Shown here: one piece after another, positions 1-9,739 of the stretch
Layout: each line of letters opens with the position of its first letter
Position numbering within the stretch: position 1 is the first letter of the stretch
DNA from: an uncultured Ignavibacteriota bacterium
GTDB lineage: Bacteria; Bacteroidota; Ignavibacteria; Ignavibacteriales; Melioribacteraceae
Assembly (NCBI GenBank): GCA_947085815.1
Contig: CAMTXU010000024.1
Location: forward strand, 3,506 to 67,505
Direction of reading: 5' to 3'
DNA: 64,000 nt
The notes under the pieces: generated by a model
What the model was told of the DNA's origin: nothing
Databases searched by the model: none
The model's input: only the letters and a program-made list of their open reading frames with translations
Made by a program: the position numbers and the translations under genes

Positions 1-1
1 A

Positions 2-928
2 GAAGCGCTCGAATTGATCGAGGCAATCCATTCAAAAAGTATCTCAACATTTTCTGTCCCTTCAGGATTTTATGAATTAGACGAACTGCTTGGCGGATTT
101 CAAAAATCCGATCTGATAATTATTGCTGCGAGACCCTCCATGGGCAAAACGGCTTTCGCTATGTCTGCGGCGCGTAATGCCGCCATAGAGCACCAAATAC
201 CTATTGCGGTCTTCAGTTTGGAAATGGCAACAATACAGCTTGCAACAAGATTAATTTCTGCAGAAGCCCGCATCAATGCACATAACGTTCGTACCGGAAA
301 ATTTAAAGCCGAAGAGGGCGCTAAAATCAGCCGCACAGTTCACAAATTAAGTAAAGCTCCAATCTACATTGATGACACTCCGGCGATTTCAATTCTTGAA
401 CTTCGTGCAAAAGCGAGACGCTTGAAGAATGAAAAAAATATCGGATTGATCATAATAGATTATTTGCAGCTTCTGAGTGCTTCCTATAATATGGAAAGCC
501 GCGAACGTGAAATTTCTACTATCTCACGTTCTTTAAAAGCCCTAGCAAAGGAACTAAATATTCCAGTCATTGCTCTTTCTCAGTTAAACAGGCAGGTGGA
601 ATCCCGAACCGATAAAAGACCGATGCTTTCGGATTTGCGCGAATCAGGTTCCATTGAGCAGGATGCCGACGTTGTTATTTTCCTGTACCGTCCTGAAGTT
701 TATGGTATCACACAATTCTCTGCCGGCGATATGAATGGCGAAACAACCGAAGGTGTGGCAGAAGTAATAGTTGGTAAACAAAGAAACGGACCTATTGGCG
801 AGGTTAAATTACGTTTCATAAAAGATTATGCACGATTTGAAAACCTCGATCGATTCAGACAACATCAAATACCTGCCGGTGCTGAGCAAGCTGCCATCGG
901 TTCGGGAGTGGAGGATTTCCCAATATGA
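2..928 (+). CDS. dnaB: Replicative DNA helicase DnaB, C-terminal ATPase domain (5' end lies upstream of the window)
   Basis: The frame is open from the window edge. Walker A ARPSMGKTAF, Walker B LIIIDYLQLL, SRSLKALAKELNIPVIALSQLNR and ESGSIEQDADVV are typical of DnaB. The TGA stop overlaps the next ATG (ATGA). Confidence 0.93.
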   Translation, partial: EALELIEAIHSKSISTFSVPSGFYELDELLGGFQKSDLIIIAARPSMGKTAFAMSAARNAAIEHQIPIAVFSLEMATIQLATRLISAEARINAHNVRTGKFKAEEGAKISRTVHKLSKAPIYIDDTPAISILELRAKARRLKNEKNIGLIIIDYLQLLSASYNMESREREISTISRSLKALAKELNIPVIALSQLNRQVESRTDKRPMLSDLRESGSIEQDADVVIFLYRPEVYGITQFSAGDMNGETTEGVAEVIVGKQRNGPIGEVKLRFIKDYARFENLDRFRQHQIPAGAEQAAIGSGVEDFPI

Positions 929-1773
929 AAAATTATTTATTACTCTCGTTTTTATTCTTGTTCTCAATTGAATGTTTGGCACAAGCAATCTATACTCAGA
1001 AAGATGTAGATGTTTGTACATCAAAGTTCAACCTTGCGGTGGATCAAAAACTTTCATCTTTACCTATTAATCAAGTCATTATTGAAATAGGAAAAAGTTT
1101 TCTCGGAACTGAATATGTAGCGAATACTCTTGAAAAAGGGGACGAAGAAAAACTTGTTATAAATCTTACCGGATTAGATTGCTACATATTTCTCGAAACT
1201 TCACTTGCTTTTTCGCGCTGCATTAAAAGCGGAAAGACTTCTTTTGAAGATTATCAGAAAGAAGTGACTAATCTCCGTTACAGAGATGGGAAGCTGAATG
1301 AATATCCTTCACGGCTTCATTATTTCTCCGATTGGATTTTTGATATGGACAAACGGGGAATTGGAAAAGATATCACAAAAGAAATAGGCGGTAAACCGTA
1401 TAATAAAATAATCAACTTCATGACTACTCACGTTGACTCCTATAAGCAATTGAAAAGTAATTCCAAGTTTGTAGATGAAATGGTTAAGATTGAGAATGAA
1501 ATCAGCGCGCGCAGCTATTCTTACATTCCGCAGGCAGAAATTGAATCAGCCGAGAGTAAAATTCAAAACGGAGACATAATTGGAATTACTACAAGTGTTG
1601 AAGGAATGGACATTGCACACACAGGAATTGCAATTCGAATGAATGACGGAAGAATTCATTTTATGCACGCACCAATTGTGGGGCATAAAGTACAAATCAC
1701 TGAAAGACCGCTGGCTGATTACATAAGAGGAAATAAAAGGCAAACGGGGATAATGGTTTTAAGAGCAATTTAA
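925..1773 (+). CDS. Secreted DUF1460-family protein (N-acetylmuramoyl-L-alanine amidase-like)
   Basis: N-terminal signal peptide (LLLSFLFLFSIECLAQA). The segment FLGTEYVANTLE..LVINLTGLDCYIFLETSLAFSRC resembles DUF1460 proteins as I recall them. Translationally coupled to dnaB. Confidence 0.6.
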   Translation: MKNYLLLSFLFLFSIECLAQAIYTQKDVDVCTSKFNLAVDQKLSSLPINQVIIEIGKSFLGTEYVANTLEKGDEEKLVINLTGLDCYIFLETSLAFSRCIKSGKTSFEDYQKEVTNLRYRDGKLNEYPSRLHYFSDWIFDMDKRGIGKDITKEIGGKPYNKIINFMTTHVDSYKQLKSNSKFVDEMVKIENEISARSYSYIPQAEIESAESKIQNGDIIGITTSVEGMDIAHTGIAIRMNDGRIHFMHAPIVGHKVQITERPLADYIRGNKRQTGIMVLRAI

Positions 1774-1816
1774 TATTTTAATTACAATTTACGATTTAGT
1801 AATTCTCAATTCTCAA

Positions 1817-2671
1817 TTATTTTTTCACCAATCCCAACAGCACCTTAATATTCTCCAAATCCTCTTTTTGATCCTTCCCTTTAGGCGTTTCTAATATCTT
1901 GGGTACTTTTTCAAGTTTCTTGTCATTCATGATGTTGGTAAATCCTTCAATACCTATAAACCCTTTTCCGATATGATCATGTCTATCTACGCGACTGCCG
2001 AGATCTTTCTTGCTGTCGTTCATGTGAATGCACTTCAGCAGATCCAATCCGATGATTTCGTCAAACTCTTTAATAACTTTTTTGTACTCTTTGGCATCTT
2101 TAATATTATAACCCGCCGCCCAGATATGAGCCGTATCTATGCAAACACACATTCGCTCTTTATCATCAACCATATCGATTATCTTTTTCAACTGCTCAAA
2201 ACGGTAACCAAGGGCATTTCCCTGTCCAGCAGTTACTTCGAGCATACTCATTACTTTAAATTTTTTTGTCTTTTCATGAGCAATATTTAAAGACTCGGCG
2301 ATAATTTTAAGCCCCTCTTCCTCGCCTTGTTCCCCGTGAGAGCCGGGATGAAAATTGAGATAAGGAATAGCAAGTTGTTCGCAACGGTTCAGTTCATCAA
2401 GAAAAGCACTGCGCGACTTCTCAAGATTTTCTGGATCTTTTGCGCATAGATTAATCAAATAAGAATCATGAGACACAACAACTTTTACATTGGATTTTTT
2501 TTGTTTTTCCTTGAAAGCCGTTATCTCTTTTTCTGATAGTTCTTTTGAAACCCATCTGTTGTTATTCTTTGTGAAAAGTTGAATAGCGGTAAAACCGAGT
2601 GTTTCACCACCATCAATTGCAGAATCAACTCCCCCACTGACAAATACATGCGCGCCAAGTAAATGTTTCAT
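1817..2671 (-). CDS. nfo: Deoxyribonuclease IV (endonuclease IV, AP endonuclease)
   Basis: Full-length Nfo-like sequence with metal-ligand blocks HDSYLINL, NFHPGSH, LEVTAGQG, CIDTAHIWAAGY and HMNDSKKDLGSRVDRH. Confidence 0.9.
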   Translation of the reverse strand: MKHLLGAHVFVSGGVDSAIDGGETLGFTAIQLFTKNNNRWVSKELSEKEITAFKEKQKKSNVKVVVSHDSYLINLCAKDPENLEKSRSAFLDELNRCEQLAIPYLNFHPGSHGEQGEEEGLKIIAESLNIAHEKTKKFKVMSMLEVTAGQGNALGYRFEQLKKIIDMVDDKERMCVCIDTAHIWAAGYNIKDAKEYKKVIKEFDEIIGLDLLKCIHMNDSKKDLGSRVDRHDHIGKGFIGIEGFTNIMNDKKLEKVPKILETPKGKDQKEDLENIKVLLGLVKK

Positions 2672-2822
2672 TACTTTTCCTTTCGATTATTCATGCTCTT
2701 GCTCAGTTTTTAAGGATTATTACTAACACAAACAAGATCACTAATTAGTTCATGAATTAATTTTCTTTTTGATTCAAAGATAATATTATTGTTATGAAAA
2801 AATTATGGAATGATTACCCGAC

Positions 2823-3710
2823 ATGAAAATATTTATCACCGGCGGAAGCGGAATGCTGGGTCAATATCTCAACACCGAACTGAGCAAGAAAAATGAAATT
2901 TTAACACAATACCAATCGGATATCGGGAATTGTGGAAATTTCACGAGCGAGAAGTTATCAATCACTAATTACGTGAAGCTTGAAAAAATTTTTAACTCGT
3001 TCAAACCGGATGTTGTAATACACACGGCGGCAATATCAAATACCGAAAAAGCCGATAAACTTCCTGCCGATATTGTTTACAAAGTCAATGTGAACGCGAC
3101 ATCAAAGCTGGCTGAACTTTGCTCTCAATCCGATGCAAAGTTAGTATATTTATCAACCGATTTAGTTTACGCCGGTTATCGGGGATCAATGCTTAATGAA
3201 GACGCAAAATTAATTCCCATTTCATTATATGCCGAGACAAAACTTATGGGTGAAAGAAAAATTCAGGAGACGTTTGGAAATTACATAATATTACGTGAAG
3301 CACTTTTGATTGGATTTGGGTTAAATCATTCCAGAAATAATTTTCATCTGATGTACGAGAAACTTGTAAAGAAAGAAACTGTCACTTTGTTTACAGATCA
3401 ATTCCGAACACCTCTAGCACTTCATGATGCCGCCCGCATGATTGCCGGGTTGCTTGATAAAAACATCAATGGAGAAGTTATTAATTTTGGCGGGCAAGAT
3501 AGATTATCCAGATTCGAAGTGGGAAAAATACTCTGTGAAGAAGGGGGTTTCGATAAAAATTTACTCGTTAGCAAAACGATGGAAGAAGCAGATATCACTT
3601 ACAAAGTAGCCGATGTATCCATGAGCATCGAAAAACTTCTCTCTTATGGAATAAAACCGCAATCATGCCGCGAATCCATTAAACAAATTTTATCGGGGAT
3701 AATTAATTAA
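2823..3710 (+). CDS. NAD(P)-dependent SDR, RmlD (dTDP-4-dehydrorhamnose reductase)-like
   Basis: Rossmann motif MKIFITGGSGMLG and YAETKLMGE (YxxxK), about 295 aa as in the RmlD family. Its stop overlaps the ribD ATG (TAATG). Confidence 0.7.
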   Translation: MKIFITGGSGMLGQYLNTELSKKNEILTQYQSDIGNCGNFTSEKLSITNYVKLEKIFNSFKPDVVIHTAAISNTEKADKLPADIVYKVNVNATSKLAELCSQSDAKLVYLSTDLVYAGYRGSMLNEDAKLIPISLYAETKLMGERKIQETFGNYIILREALLIGFGLNHSRNNFHLMYEKLVKKETVTLFTDQFRTPLALHDAARMIAGLLDKNINGEVINFGGQDRLSRFEVGKILCEEGGFDKNLLVSKTMEEADITYKVADVSMSIEKLLSYGIKPQSCRESIKQILSGIIN

Positions 3711-4792
3711 TGATAGACCCTCTAGATTATGAATATATACAAAAGTGTTTTGAATTAGCCCGCAACGGAAGAGGATTAGTTTCACCCAATCCGCTTGTTG
3801 GAGTGGTAATCATGAAAGATGGTGAAGTGATCTCCGAAGGCTATCATAAAAAATATGGGGGCAATCATGCGGAGGCTGAAGCAATTTTTGCGACCGAACT
3901 TGACTTAACCGGCTCTACTTTATATTGTAATTTGGAGCCGTGTTGTCATACAAATAAAAAGACTCCGCCGTGTGTACCATTAATTATTAAAAGCGGTATT
4001 GAACGAGTTGTCTTTAGCAATCTTGATCCTAATCCGTCTGTTAATGGTAAAGGAGTATTACAATTGACTGCTGCGGGAATAGAGGTTACAAGCGGAGTAC
4101 TGGCGGATATCGGAGAAAAACTAAACCGGTTTTATTTCAAGACTGTCCGTAAAAAAATTCCGTACGTAACTGTAAAAATTGCTCAATCGAAAGATGGAAT
4201 AATCAATTCATCCGCTTCACAAAGAACAATCATCACATCGGAAAATGCCGAAATATTTGTGCATCATCAAAGATCAATTTTCGATGCAGTACTAGTAGGG
4301 GCAAACACAATCAAAATCGATAATCCAAAGTTGACGGTGAGGAAGATAGAAGGTAGAAATCCAATCCGTCTGGTACTTGACGGTAAGCTGACTTCAAATA
4401 TTAATTCGAATGTATTTAATGACGAGTGGAAAAATAGAACATGGGTTATAACTTCTATCTCCGGCAACGTGGCGAAGAAAGAGATGTTTCGGCGGAAGGG
4501 TATTCGAATAATTGAAATGTATTCGGATTCTGAAGGGAGACTTGAGATGAATGACGTATTGATGATGCTCTACTCCAAGAATATTAGCTCTATCTTTGTC
4601 GAAGGAGGGGCTGATATTTTCTCGCAATTTATAAGAAAAAATTTATTGGATGAAATGATCATTTTGGAAGCACCGCTGATTTTAGAGGGGGGAATTGCAG
4701 CTTTTAATGGTAAAATACCGGAAAACCTCAAATTGGAGTCAATTGAAGCGCTTCCGCCTGATGAAAAAAGAATTTATAAACGAATTGAATAG
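3710..4792 (+). CDS. ribD: Bifunctional riboflavin biosynthesis protein RibD (pyrimidine deaminase / uracil reductase)
   Basis: CMP/dCMP deaminase zinc motifs HAEAEA and PCCHTNKKTPPC, followed by a RibD C-terminal reductase domain (VTVKIAQSKDG, VGANTIKIDNPKLTVR, FVEGGA). Confidence 0.92.
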   Translation: MIDPLDYEYIQKCFELARNGRGLVSPNPLVGVVIMKDGEVISEGYHKKYGGNHAEAEAIFATELDLTGSTLYCNLEPCCHTNKKTPPCVPLIIKSGIERVVFSNLDPNPSVNGKGVLQLTAAGIEVTSGVLADIGEKLNRFYFKTVRKKIPYVTVKIAQSKDGIINSSASQRTIITSENAEIFVHHQRSIFDAVLVGANTIKIDNPKLTVRKIEGRNPIRLVLDGKLTSNINSNVFNDEWKNRTWVITSISGNVAKKEMFRRKGIRIIEMYSDSEGRLEMNDVLMMLYSKNISSIFVEGGADIFSQFIRKNLLDEMIILEAPLILEGGIAAFNGKIPENLKLESIEALPPDEKRIYKRIE

Positions 4793-4826
4793 TGCTTAAA
4801 TCCGCAGGAGTTGATATTTTTACAAT

Positions 4827-5468
4827 ATGTTTACCGGATTAATAGAAGAAAAAGGAAAGTTAGTCTCTGCTGAAAATATTGCGGGTGGAAAACGACTGAA
4901 AATTTCAGCATCTAAAATTTATGACGACTTAAAAATTGATGACTCAGTTTCGATAAATGGCGTCTGCTTAACAGTCACTAAAATTGATAATAATTTCTTT
5001 TGGTGCGATGCCGTCGGTGAAACACTCAGCAAAACAACTCTTGCCGGTATTGCTCGGAATTATGTAGTGAATCTCGAAAGAGCATTACGCCTTTCCGACC
5101 GTCTCGGAGGACATTTGGTGCAGGGACATGTTAACGGTATCGGAATTATTTCGCAATTGACAAAATTGGGAGAAAATTTTTCTCTAGAGATTGAGATTCC
5201 AAAAGAGTTGGTGAAATATGTAGTTGACGAAGGATCCATTACAATTGACGGAATAAGTTTGACCGTAGCAAAAATTATTGAAAGAAAAATTACAATCTCT
5301 ATAATTCCTCATACGTGGAAGAACACAAATCTGAGTGAGCGAAAAAAGGGAGATAAAGTAAACATCGAGACTGATATTTTTGCAAAGTATGTAGAAAAAA
5401 TTTTGCAAGATTCTAATGAGGAAGGCAATAAATTCACGGATAATTGGTTTAAGAATTTAGGGTATTAA
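4827..5468 (+). CDS. ribE: Riboflavin synthase (alpha chain)
   Basis: MFTGLIEE start and a duplicated lumazine-binding barrel ([11 protein letters not shown] / [11 protein letters not shown]), typical of riboflavin synthase. Confidence 0.92.
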   Translation: MFTGLIEEKGKLVSAENIAGGKRLKISASKIYDDLKIDDSVSINGVCLTVTKIDNNFFWCDAVGETLSKTTLAGIARNYVVNLERALRLSDRLGGHLVQGHVNGIGIISQLTKLGENFSLEIEIPKELVKYVVDEGSITIDGISLTVAKIIERKITISIIPHTWKNTNLSERKKGDKVNIETDIFAKYVEKILQDSNEEGNKFTDNWFKNLGY

Positions 5469-5469
5469 G

Positions 5470-6708
5470 ATGATTGACGAATTAGTTTCAAGAATGAATA
5501 CAATAGATGAAGCGATAGCGGACTTTAAAAAAGGGAAAATGGTTGTTGTAGTAGATGACGCCGACCGTGAGAATGAAGGCGACATTATAATGGCTGCCGA
5601 GCTTGTTAAACCGGAAGATGTTAATTTCATCACTCGCGAAGCGCGTGGAATTTTATGTCTTGCAGTCACCGAACAACGAGCCAAAGATTTGAATCTGGAA
5701 TTGATGGTGGAAGAAAACACTGCACTTCATCAAACACCGTTTACAGTTTCTATAGATTATATTCATAATACAACTACGGGAATATCCGCGCAGGACAGAA
5801 CTAAAACAATTTTAGCAGTTGTTAATGAAAAATCGGAACCAAATGATTTTGCACGCCCCGGACACATCTTTCCATTAATTGCTAAAGGAGGCGGCGTGTT
5901 AAACCGTGCGGGGCATACTGAAGCGGCAGTTGATCTCGCCCGGCTCTCCGGGTTAAACCCGGCTGGAATACTTTGTGAAATCATGGACGTTGATGGAACA
6001 ATGGCGCGCACTCCAACACTTTTGGAATTCGCCGAGAAGCATAATCTCAAAATTATTACTATCGCTGATCTCATTGAATACAGAAGAAAAAAAGAGAAGC
6101 TTGTTAAATGCCGCGTTATTGTCGATATGCCCTCACGGTTCGGAAATTTCAAATTGCATCTTTATGAAAGTCTGCTCGATCCTACAGACAACCCGATAGC
6201 TCTCGTAAAGGGGGATATTGAAAGTGGAGAACCTGTTTTGGTAAGAGTTCATTCGGAATGCCTAACCGGCGATGCATTTGGCTCTATGAGATGCGATTGT
6301 GGAGATCAACTTGCTAACGCTCTAATGATGATTGAAAAAGAGGGGCGGGGTGTTTTTCTTTATATGAGGCAGGAAGGAAGAGGCATCGGGTTAGTAAATA
6401 AACTTATGGCATACGAACTTCAGGAGGATGGCAGCGACACCGTTGAGGCTAATGAATTGCTCGGTTTTAAAGCCGATTTAAGAGATTACGGAATAGGGGC
6501 GCAAATTTTAAAAGATCTTGGTCTAAAAAAAATTCGTTTGATGACCAACAATCCGAAAAAAATTATTGGTCTCCGTGGATACGATCTTGAGATTGTTGAG
6601 CGAGTACCAATTGAGATTGAACCGAACGAAAGTAATGAAAAATATTTGATGACAAAGCATGAAAAACTTGGACACCTATTAAGCTTTATTCCTCCCAAAA
6701 GAAAATAA
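5470..6708 (+). CDS. ribBA: Bifunctional 3,4-dihydroxy-2-butanone-4-phosphate synthase / GTP cyclohydrolase II
   Basis: DHBP synthase block ([38 protein letters not shown]). GCH-II block ([32 protein letters not shown]). Confidence 0.95.
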   Translation: MIDELVSRMNTIDEAIADFKKGKMVVVVDDADRENEGDIIMAAELVKPEDVNFITREARGILCLAVTEQRAKDLNLELMVEENTALHQTPFTVSIDYIHNTTTGISAQDRTKTILAVVNEKSEPNDFARPGHIFPLIAKGGGVLNRAGHTEAAVDLARLSGLNPAGILCEIMDVDGTMARTPTLLEFAEKHNLKIITIADLIEYRRKKEKLVKCRVIVDMPSRFGNFKLHLYESLLDPTDNPIALVKGDIESGEPVLVRVHSECLTGDAFGSMRCDCGDQLANALMMIEKEGRGVFLYMRQEGRGIGLVNKLMAYELQEDGSDTVEANELLGFKADLRDYGIGAQILKDLGLKKIRLMTNNPKKIIGLRGYDLEIVERVPIEIEPNESNEKYLMTKHEKLGHLLSFIPPKRK

Positions 6709-6725
6709 TAATCAATGGAGTATAT

Positions 6726-7190
6726 ATGGCAAGAATGATTGAAGGTCTGTTAAAAGCTGATGGCAAGAAATTTGGAATTGTTGTATCCAGATTCAACGAA
6801 ATGATCTCGAAGAGTTTACTCTCCGGCGCATTTGATTGTTTAGCGAGACACGGAGCCAACGAAGATGAAATAACAGTTGCCTTCGTACCGGGTTCCTTCG
6901 AAATTCCTATGACCGCAAAGAAAATGGCTGAATCGAAAAAATACGATGCCGTTATTTGTCTTGGCGCTGTAATACGCGGTGCGACTCCTCATTTTGATTT
7001 TATCGCCGCTGAAGTTTCAAAAGGAATTGCGAGTGTTGCAATGGATAGCGGTGTACCTGTTATTTTTGGTATTATTACTTCCGATTCAATTGAACAAGCA
7101 CTTGAAAGAGCGGGTACAAAAAGCGGTAATAAAGGTTGGGATGCAGCGCTGAGTGCAATTGAAATGGCGGACTTGATTAAAAAGCTTTAA
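6726..7190 (+). CDS. ribH: 6,7-dimethyl-8-ribityllumazine synthase
   Basis: 154 aa with [17 protein letters not shown] and [13 protein letters not shown], the canonical RibH signature. Confidence 0.95.
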   Translation: MARMIEGLLKADGKKFGIVVSRFNEMISKSLLSGAFDCLARHGANEDEITVAFVPGSFEIPMTAKKMAESKKYDAVICLGAVIRGATPHFDFIAAEVSKGIASVAMDSGVPVIFGIITSDSIEQALERAGTKSGNKGWDAALSAIEMADLIKKL

Positions 7191-7194
7191 AAGG

Positions 7195-7271
7195 AATAGA
7201 ACGCGGATTTTTATGATGATTATGATTTCTTAAGATAAATAATAAATGATCATAAAAATCTGCGTTCTATT
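7195..7271. repeat. Family-A palindromic repeat between convergent ribH and gatB (probable bidirectional terminator)
   Basis: AATAGAACGCGGATTTTTATGAT ... ATCATAAAAATCTGCGTTCTATT, arms matching 22 of 23. The right arm contains the gatB TAG stop (7267-7269). Confidence 0.85.
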
Positions 7272-8715
7272 GTTCTTTCTTACTCTCCAGTTTACTTTTC
7301 AACAATTCATTCACAATTGCCGGATTGGCTTTACCTTTGGTTTCTTTCATTATCTGCCCGACAAAGAATCCAATCACTTTATCCTTTCCGTTCAGAAAGT
7401 CCTCAATCTGTTTCGGATTTGCAGAAAGGATTCTGTCGATCACGTTTTCAATTTCCGAAGTGTTTGAAATCTGAATCAGATTCTTTCCTTTCACAATTAA
7501 ATTTGGATCTGAATTTGTCCTCAACATTTCCGGAAAAATTTCTTTAGCAATTTTGCCGCTTATGATATTCTCATTAATCATTTTAATCAACTTGCCGAGA
7601 TTCGCTGCTGAGACTGAAAATTCCTTGATCTTTATTTTCCGGTCGTTTATATTTTTTAATACCTCGGTCATCACCCAGTTGCTGGCTGATTTAAAATCGT
7701 TCGTAATTTCTAAAACCTGTTCATAATAATCCGCCAGCTCTCGTGAAGAGGTGAGGATCTCCGCATCATAATTTGGGAGAGAGTATTGTTCAATAAAACG
7801 GTTTCTTCTTTCTTCGGGAAGTTCAGGCAATGAAGCCGCAATTTTTTCTCTCCACTTTTTATCAATTACTATCGGCATCAAATCCGGGTCGGGAAAATAG
7901 CGGTAGTCGTGAGCCTCTTCTTTACTGCGCATCGGAATAATTTTATTCTTATCAGCGTTCCATAAAAGTGTTTGCTGAACAATCCTTCCACCATCTTCCA
8001 AAATATCTATCTGCCGTTCAATCTCAAACTCAATTGCTCTTTCAACATTCCTGAACGAGTTCATATTTTTTACTTCGGTCTTTGTCCCTAATTTGGTTTC
8101 TCCCTTCAAGCGGATAGAGATATTTGCATCGCATCGGAGTGATCCTTCCTCCATATTGCCGTCACATACACCGAGATAAGTTACTATCTGTTTTAGTTTG
8201 GTTAAATAGAGATAAGCTTCTTCAGCCGTATGCATATCCGGCTCACTAACAATCTCCATTAGAGGAATGCCGCATCGGTTAACATCTATCAATGTATCAA
8301 ATCCCTGATCGTGAATGGATTTACCTGCATCTTCTTCAATATGTATTCTGGTTATACCTATTTCTCTCGTTGAACCATCTTTTGTTTCAATTGTAATCTT
8401 TCCGTGTTCACAAATCGGTTCTTCGTATTGAGAGATTTGATACCCTTTCGGAAGATCGGGATAAAAATAATTTTTACGGGCAAAGACAGAGCGCTCATTA
8501 ATACGACAATCTGTAGCAAGTCCGGTTAAAGCCGTGAACTCAATTACCTTTTTATTCAATACCGGAAGTACTCCCGGATGACCGAGGCAGATTGGACAAG
8601 TGTTCGAGTTAGGTGCGGAGTTAAATTTTGTAGAACATCCGCAAAATATTTTTGTATCGGTCAAAAGTTGAGCGTGAACTTCGAGACCGATGACTGCTTC
8701 GTACATTAAATTCAT
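7267..8715 (-). CDS. gatB: Asp-tRNA(Asn)/Glu-tRNA(Gln) amidotransferase subunit B
   Basis: N-terminus YEAVIGLEVHAQL..KIFCGC, NYFYPDLPKGYQISQ, and a C-terminal GatB/YqeY domain (GFFVGQIMKETKGKANP). Confidence 0.95.
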   Translation of the reverse strand: MNLMYEAVIGLEVHAQLLTDTKIFCGCSTKFNSAPNSNTCPICLGHPGVLPVLNKKVIEFTALTGLATDCRINERSVFARKNYFYPDLPKGYQISQYEEPICEHGKITIETKDGSTREIGITRIHIEEDAGKSIHDQGFDTLIDVNRCGIPLMEIVSEPDMHTAEEAYLYLTKLKQIVTYLGVCDGNMEEGSLRCDANISIRLKGETKLGTKTEVKNMNSFRNVERAIEFEIERQIDILEDGGRIVQQTLLWNADKNKIIPMRSKEEAHDYRYFPDPDLMPIVIDKKWREKIAASLPELPEERRNRFIEQYSLPNYDAEILTSSRELADYYEQVLEITNDFKSASNWVMTEVLKNINDRKIKIKEFSVSAANLGKLIKMINENIISGKIAKEIFPEMLRTNSDPNLIVKGKNLIQISNTSEIENVIDRILSANPKQIEDFLNGKDKVIGFFVGQIMKETKGKANPAIVNELLKSKLESKKEQ

Positions 8716-8881
8716 ATTGACTATTGGTCGGTTTTAATTTAGCGAAAAATACTTAATTTTTAGAAGGATCAATAAACAGAAATATAGAAAAAGATAATTT
8801 ATTTCTTCTTCGAAAGAAATTAGTTCCAAGAATGAACTGTAGAGGAATTTTCCCGAGGGAAAACAAAGTTTTCATGATTAT

Positions 8882-8983
8882 CTTAAGGATGGTTCTAAAA
8901 ATTATTGAATGGAAATATTTAATCCCGCCAAGGGCGGGACAGAGAAAACGCAAAGTCCGCAGAGAATATTGAAGTTTTTATGG
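8882..8983 (-). repeat. Family-C palindromic repeat (opposite orientation to the 40209 copy)
   Basis: The reverse complement reads ..AAAACTTCAATATTCTCTGCGGACTTTGCGTTTTCT..(CCCGCCCTTGGCGGG hairpin)..TTTTTAGAACCATCCTTAAG, matching both ends of the 40209-40303 copy. Confidence 0.8.
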
Positions 8984-9257
8984 AATAGCCATGCCTATGG
9001 CAGAAGCGCTCTTAAGTAAGATAATTGTTTGAAAAACTGCCATACAATAATGGAGCTGTAAAAAGAGCCGTAAAAATTTTACAGATGATATTGAAAATAG
9101 AAATATATGAGTATCAAGATTTGACTATCTTAACATTTATTTGAATATTAACCAAAACAATGTACCGGGAAGGTTTTAATAAGACAAATATTGAAAATCA
9201 AGAGAATGGATTAAACTCTAAAAAAAAATTCGAATAAATAATTATAAGGTAACTACA

Positions 9258-9695
9258 ATGAAAACAGTTAGAGAAATTCTGCTCAAAAAAGGAAATCAAG
9301 TTTGGACAGTTTCACCAGATACAACAGTTTTTACCGCTCTTCAGTTGATGGCAGAAAAAAACACCGGAGCTTTACTTGTTATGAAGGATGATAAAGTTTT
9401 AGGTATTCTGAGTGAGCGTGATTATGCAAGAAAAGTAGTTCTACTCGGAAAATTTTCCAAGGATATATTAGTACAAGAAATTATGTCTTCTTCAATATTG
9501 TATGTCGAACCTTCATTTAGCACTGAAGAATGTATGGCAATTATGATTGATAAACGGGTTAGACACCTTCCTGTAATGGAAAACGAAAAACTTTCTGGAA
9601 TTATTTCCATTGGGGATGTGGTTAAAGCTGTCATCGATGAGAAAGAGTTTTTAATAAGTCAACTTGAGCATTATATAAAAGGGGAACGCGGTTAG
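9258..9695 (+). CDS. CBS-domain pair protein
   Basis: 145 aa with two CBS repeats (GALLVM.DDKVLGILSERD; RHLPVMENEKLSGIISIGD). Confidence 0.8.
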   Translation: MKTVREILLKKGNQVWTVSPDTTVFTALQLMAEKNTGALLVMKDDKVLGILSERDYARKVVLLGKFSKDILVQEIMSSSILYVEPSFSTEECMAIMIDKRVRHLPVMENEKLSGIISIGDVVKAVIDEKEFLISQLEHYIKGERG

Positions 9696-9739
9696 TTGTT
9701 CTATAATTATTAATATTGAATCACTTCTTAAAGGTAATT

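Noticed and set aside
2672-2822. FMN riboswitch expected upstream of a riboflavin operon.
   Set aside because: I could not find the conserved FMN-element core sequences in this leader or between rib genes. I recorded it as an absence to verify with Rfam, not as a feature.
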